24,000 nucleotides of DNA from Oscillospiraceae bacterium LCP25S3_E10 (GTDB taxonomy: Bacteria; Bacillota; Clostridia; Oscillospirales; Acutalibacteraceae): NCBI GenBank assembly GCA_052117325.1, contig JBQKJJ010000002.1; one strand, written 5' to 3'. Positions within the stretch are counted from its first letter, which is position 1; each line of letters opens with the position of its first letter. Shown piece after piece: positions 22,270 through 24,000 of the stretch. Under the pieces are notes generated by a model. It searched no databases, was not told the origin of the DNA, and was given only the letters and a program-made list of their open reading frames with translations. Position numbers and translations under genes: made by a program.

Positions 22270-23532
22270 ATGAGTAAGGTTAGAGTATTTCCCTCTGTTT
22301 TTAACGGAGAGGTAACACTTCCGCCCTCTAAAAGCGATGTTCACCGTGCCATACTTTGTGCGTCGCTTGCAAGGGGCAAAAGTGTAATATCCCCTGTAGA
22401 TATGTCCCAAGATATTTTGGCAACCATTGACTGTGCCAAAGCCTTGGGAGCAGATATTACCGTTGAGGGCAACACCGTATATATAGACGGTACAAATTTG
22501 TTTGGCAGCAAAACTGCAGAGCTTAACTGTAGGGAATCCGGCTCTACCCTGCGTTTTTTCATTCCTGTAGCAGCTGTAGGCGGCGTGGCGGCTACCTTTA
22601 CAGGCAAGGGCAGACTGCCCCAGCGTCCTATAGGCATTTACCTTGACTGCCTGCCGAAATTCGGTGTAAAATGTAATACAGAGGGCGGTTTACCACTTGA
22701 TATAAGCGGCAAGCTACAGCCGGGCAACTTTGAAGTGCCGGGCAATGTAAGCTCGCAGTTTATTACAGGGCTTTTGCTTGCCCTGCCCCTTACAGGCAAG
22801 GACTGTACTATAACCTTAACCTCGCCGTTGCAGTCTGTTGGATATATTAATATGACAATACGCACTATGGGCGTGTTTGGTGTAAAGGTAGAGGCAACAG
22901 AAAATGGCTACTTTATTAAGGGCGGTCAAAGCTACAAGCCATGCCGCTACACCTGTGAGGGCGACTGGTCCCAGGCGGCTTTCTTTATGGCAGCCGGTGC
23001 ACTGGGCGGACAACTTACACTAAAGGGCTTGCGTACCGACTCAATACAAGGGGATATGCAGTGTCTGGAAATTTTTAAAGAGTTTGGTGCTGATGTAACA
23101 GTAACTCCAAATGGTATTACCGTTACAGGCGGAGATTTAAAGGGCATTAGCATAGACGCCACACAAATTCCCGACTTAGTGCCTATTTTGGCAGTTACTG
23201 CCGCATTTGCAAAGGGCAGTACAAATATTTATGGGGCGGAAAGACTTAGAATAAAAGAAAGTGACCGCCTAAACGCAATATCTACCTGTTTGAATAAGGT
23301 AGGTGCAAAGATAACGGAAAAGCCTGACGGGTTAATTATTGAGGGCGTTAAAAATGCCGCAGGCGGAAGTGTAGAGGGCTATAACGACCACAGAATTGTT
23401 ATGTCTATGGCAATATGTGCTGAAAAATCCACAGCACCAATAGAAATAAGCGACAAAGAAAGTATAAATAAGTCTTACCCAAGCTTTTTTGAGGATTATA
23501 AAAAAGTAAAGGGCAAGGTTGAGGAAATATAA
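22270..23532 (+). CDS. aroA: 3-phosphoshikimate 1-carboxyvinyltransferase (EPSP synthase)
   Basis: 420 aa with PPSKSDVHRAILCASLA, RESGSTLRF, LRIKESDR and NDHRIVMS motifs. Confidence 0.95.
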   Translation: MSKVRVFPSVFNGEVTLPPSKSDVHRAILCASLARGKSVISPVDMSQDILATIDCAKALGADITVEGNTVYIDGTNLFGSKTAELNCRESGSTLRFFIPVAAVGGVAATFTGKGRLPQRPIGIYLDCLPKFGVKCNTEGGLPLDISGKLQPGNFEVPGNVSSQFITGLLLALPLTGKDCTITLTSPLQSVGYINMTIRTMGVFGVKVEATENGYFIKGGQSYKPCRYTCEGDWSQAAFFMAAGALGGQLTLKGLRTDSIQGDMQCLEIFKEFGADVTVTPNGITVTGGDLKGISIDATQIPDLVPILAVTAAFAKGSTNIYGAERLRIKESDRLNAISTCLNKVGAKITEKPDGLIIEGVKNAAGGSVEGYNDHRIVMSMAICAEKSTAPIEISDKESINKSYPSFFEDYKKVKGKVEEI

Positions 23533-23563
23533 ACAGTAATATATAAAGTAGGAGGCTGTGCCA

Positions 23564-24000
23564 ATGTCATCTTGTTGGGGCAACAAAGTAAAAATATCAA
23601 TATTCGGCGAAAGCCACGGTAAGGGTATAGGCGTGGTTGTAGACAATTTGCCTGCCGGTGAAAAAATAGATATGGAGCAGGTGCTTATGCATATGGGCAG
23701 GCGTGCTCCCGGTAAGGACAAAACCGCTACACCAAGGCTTGAAAAGGATTTGCCGCAAATACTAAGCGGTATGCTTAACGACACCACCACAGGTACGCCT
23801 ATGTGTGCTGTTATAGAAAACACCAACACCCGTTCAGGGGACTATGGCAATTTATTAACAGCTCCAAGGCCGGGGCACGGCGACTATCCGGGTTTTATAC
23901 GCTACAACGGGTTTAACGACATTCGTGGCGGCGGTCATTTCTCCGGCAGACTTACTGCTCCTATTGTATTTGCAGGTTCTGTATGCCGACAAATTTTAGA
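23564..24000 (+). CDS. aroC: Chorismate synthase, N-terminal part (continues beyond the window)
   Basis: My own translation starts at ATG 23564, after GGAGG (23551-23555). It reads MSSCWGNKVKISIFGESHGKGIGVVVDNLPAG...RRAPGK...RPGHGDY...RGGGHFSGR and stays open to the window end. Confidence 0.9.
   Translation, partial: MSSCWGNKVKISIFGESHGKGIGVVVDNLPAGEKIDMEQVLMHMGRRAPGKDKTATPRLEKDLPQILSGMLNDTTTGTPMCAVIENTNTRSGDYGNLLTAPRPGHGDYPGFIRYNGFNDIRGGGHFSGRLTAPIVFAGSVCRQIL

Overview
The window looks like a core-chromosome segment of a low-GC Gram-positive anaerobe. The class is probably Clostridia, and the cohesin/dockerin content suggests a Ruminococcus-like organism; this taxonomy is inference only. 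Most of 1-18.7 kb is coded on the minus strand. From 19.0 kb a plus-strand aromatic amino acid operon begins.

Content in order:
- An SdpR/SdpI-like regulator plus membrane-protein pair, with the SdpI-like gene truncated at the left edge.
- Two stand-alone tRNA genes, Leu-UAG and a CAU-anticodon tRNA, each with its own consensus promoter and terminator.
- A small zinc-ribbon ORF.
- Housekeeping genes: ogt, rsmE-mtnN-pdxK and ilvD.
- A three-gene cohesin/dockerin (cellulosome- or amylosome-like) cluster. It comprises a 1153-aa scaffoldin with four cohesin-like modules and a dockerin, a membrane-anchored single-cohesin protein, and a small cohesin-dockerin protein.
- galE.
- An orphan agr-type quorum-sensing pair. 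An unannotated 53-aa AgrD-like peptide gene lies upstream of agrB and overlaps it.
- A permease-ATPase-permease MacB/FtsX-type ABC transporter operon.
- aroF-tyrA-aroB-aroA-aroC (aroC truncated at the right edge), preceded by a Phe/Tyr-rich leader peptide and a terminator/antiterminator pair.

I saw no CRISPR arrays, transposases, integrases, rRNA genes or recognisable defence genes.

The most interesting items are the candidate ribosome-mediated attenuator of the aro operon, the agrD-agrB arrangement with a Ser-based predicted autoinducer, and the cohesin-dockerin cluster with its transmembrane-anchored cohesin. All functional calls rest on motif recognition by eye and recalled family knowledge. 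No database search was run.
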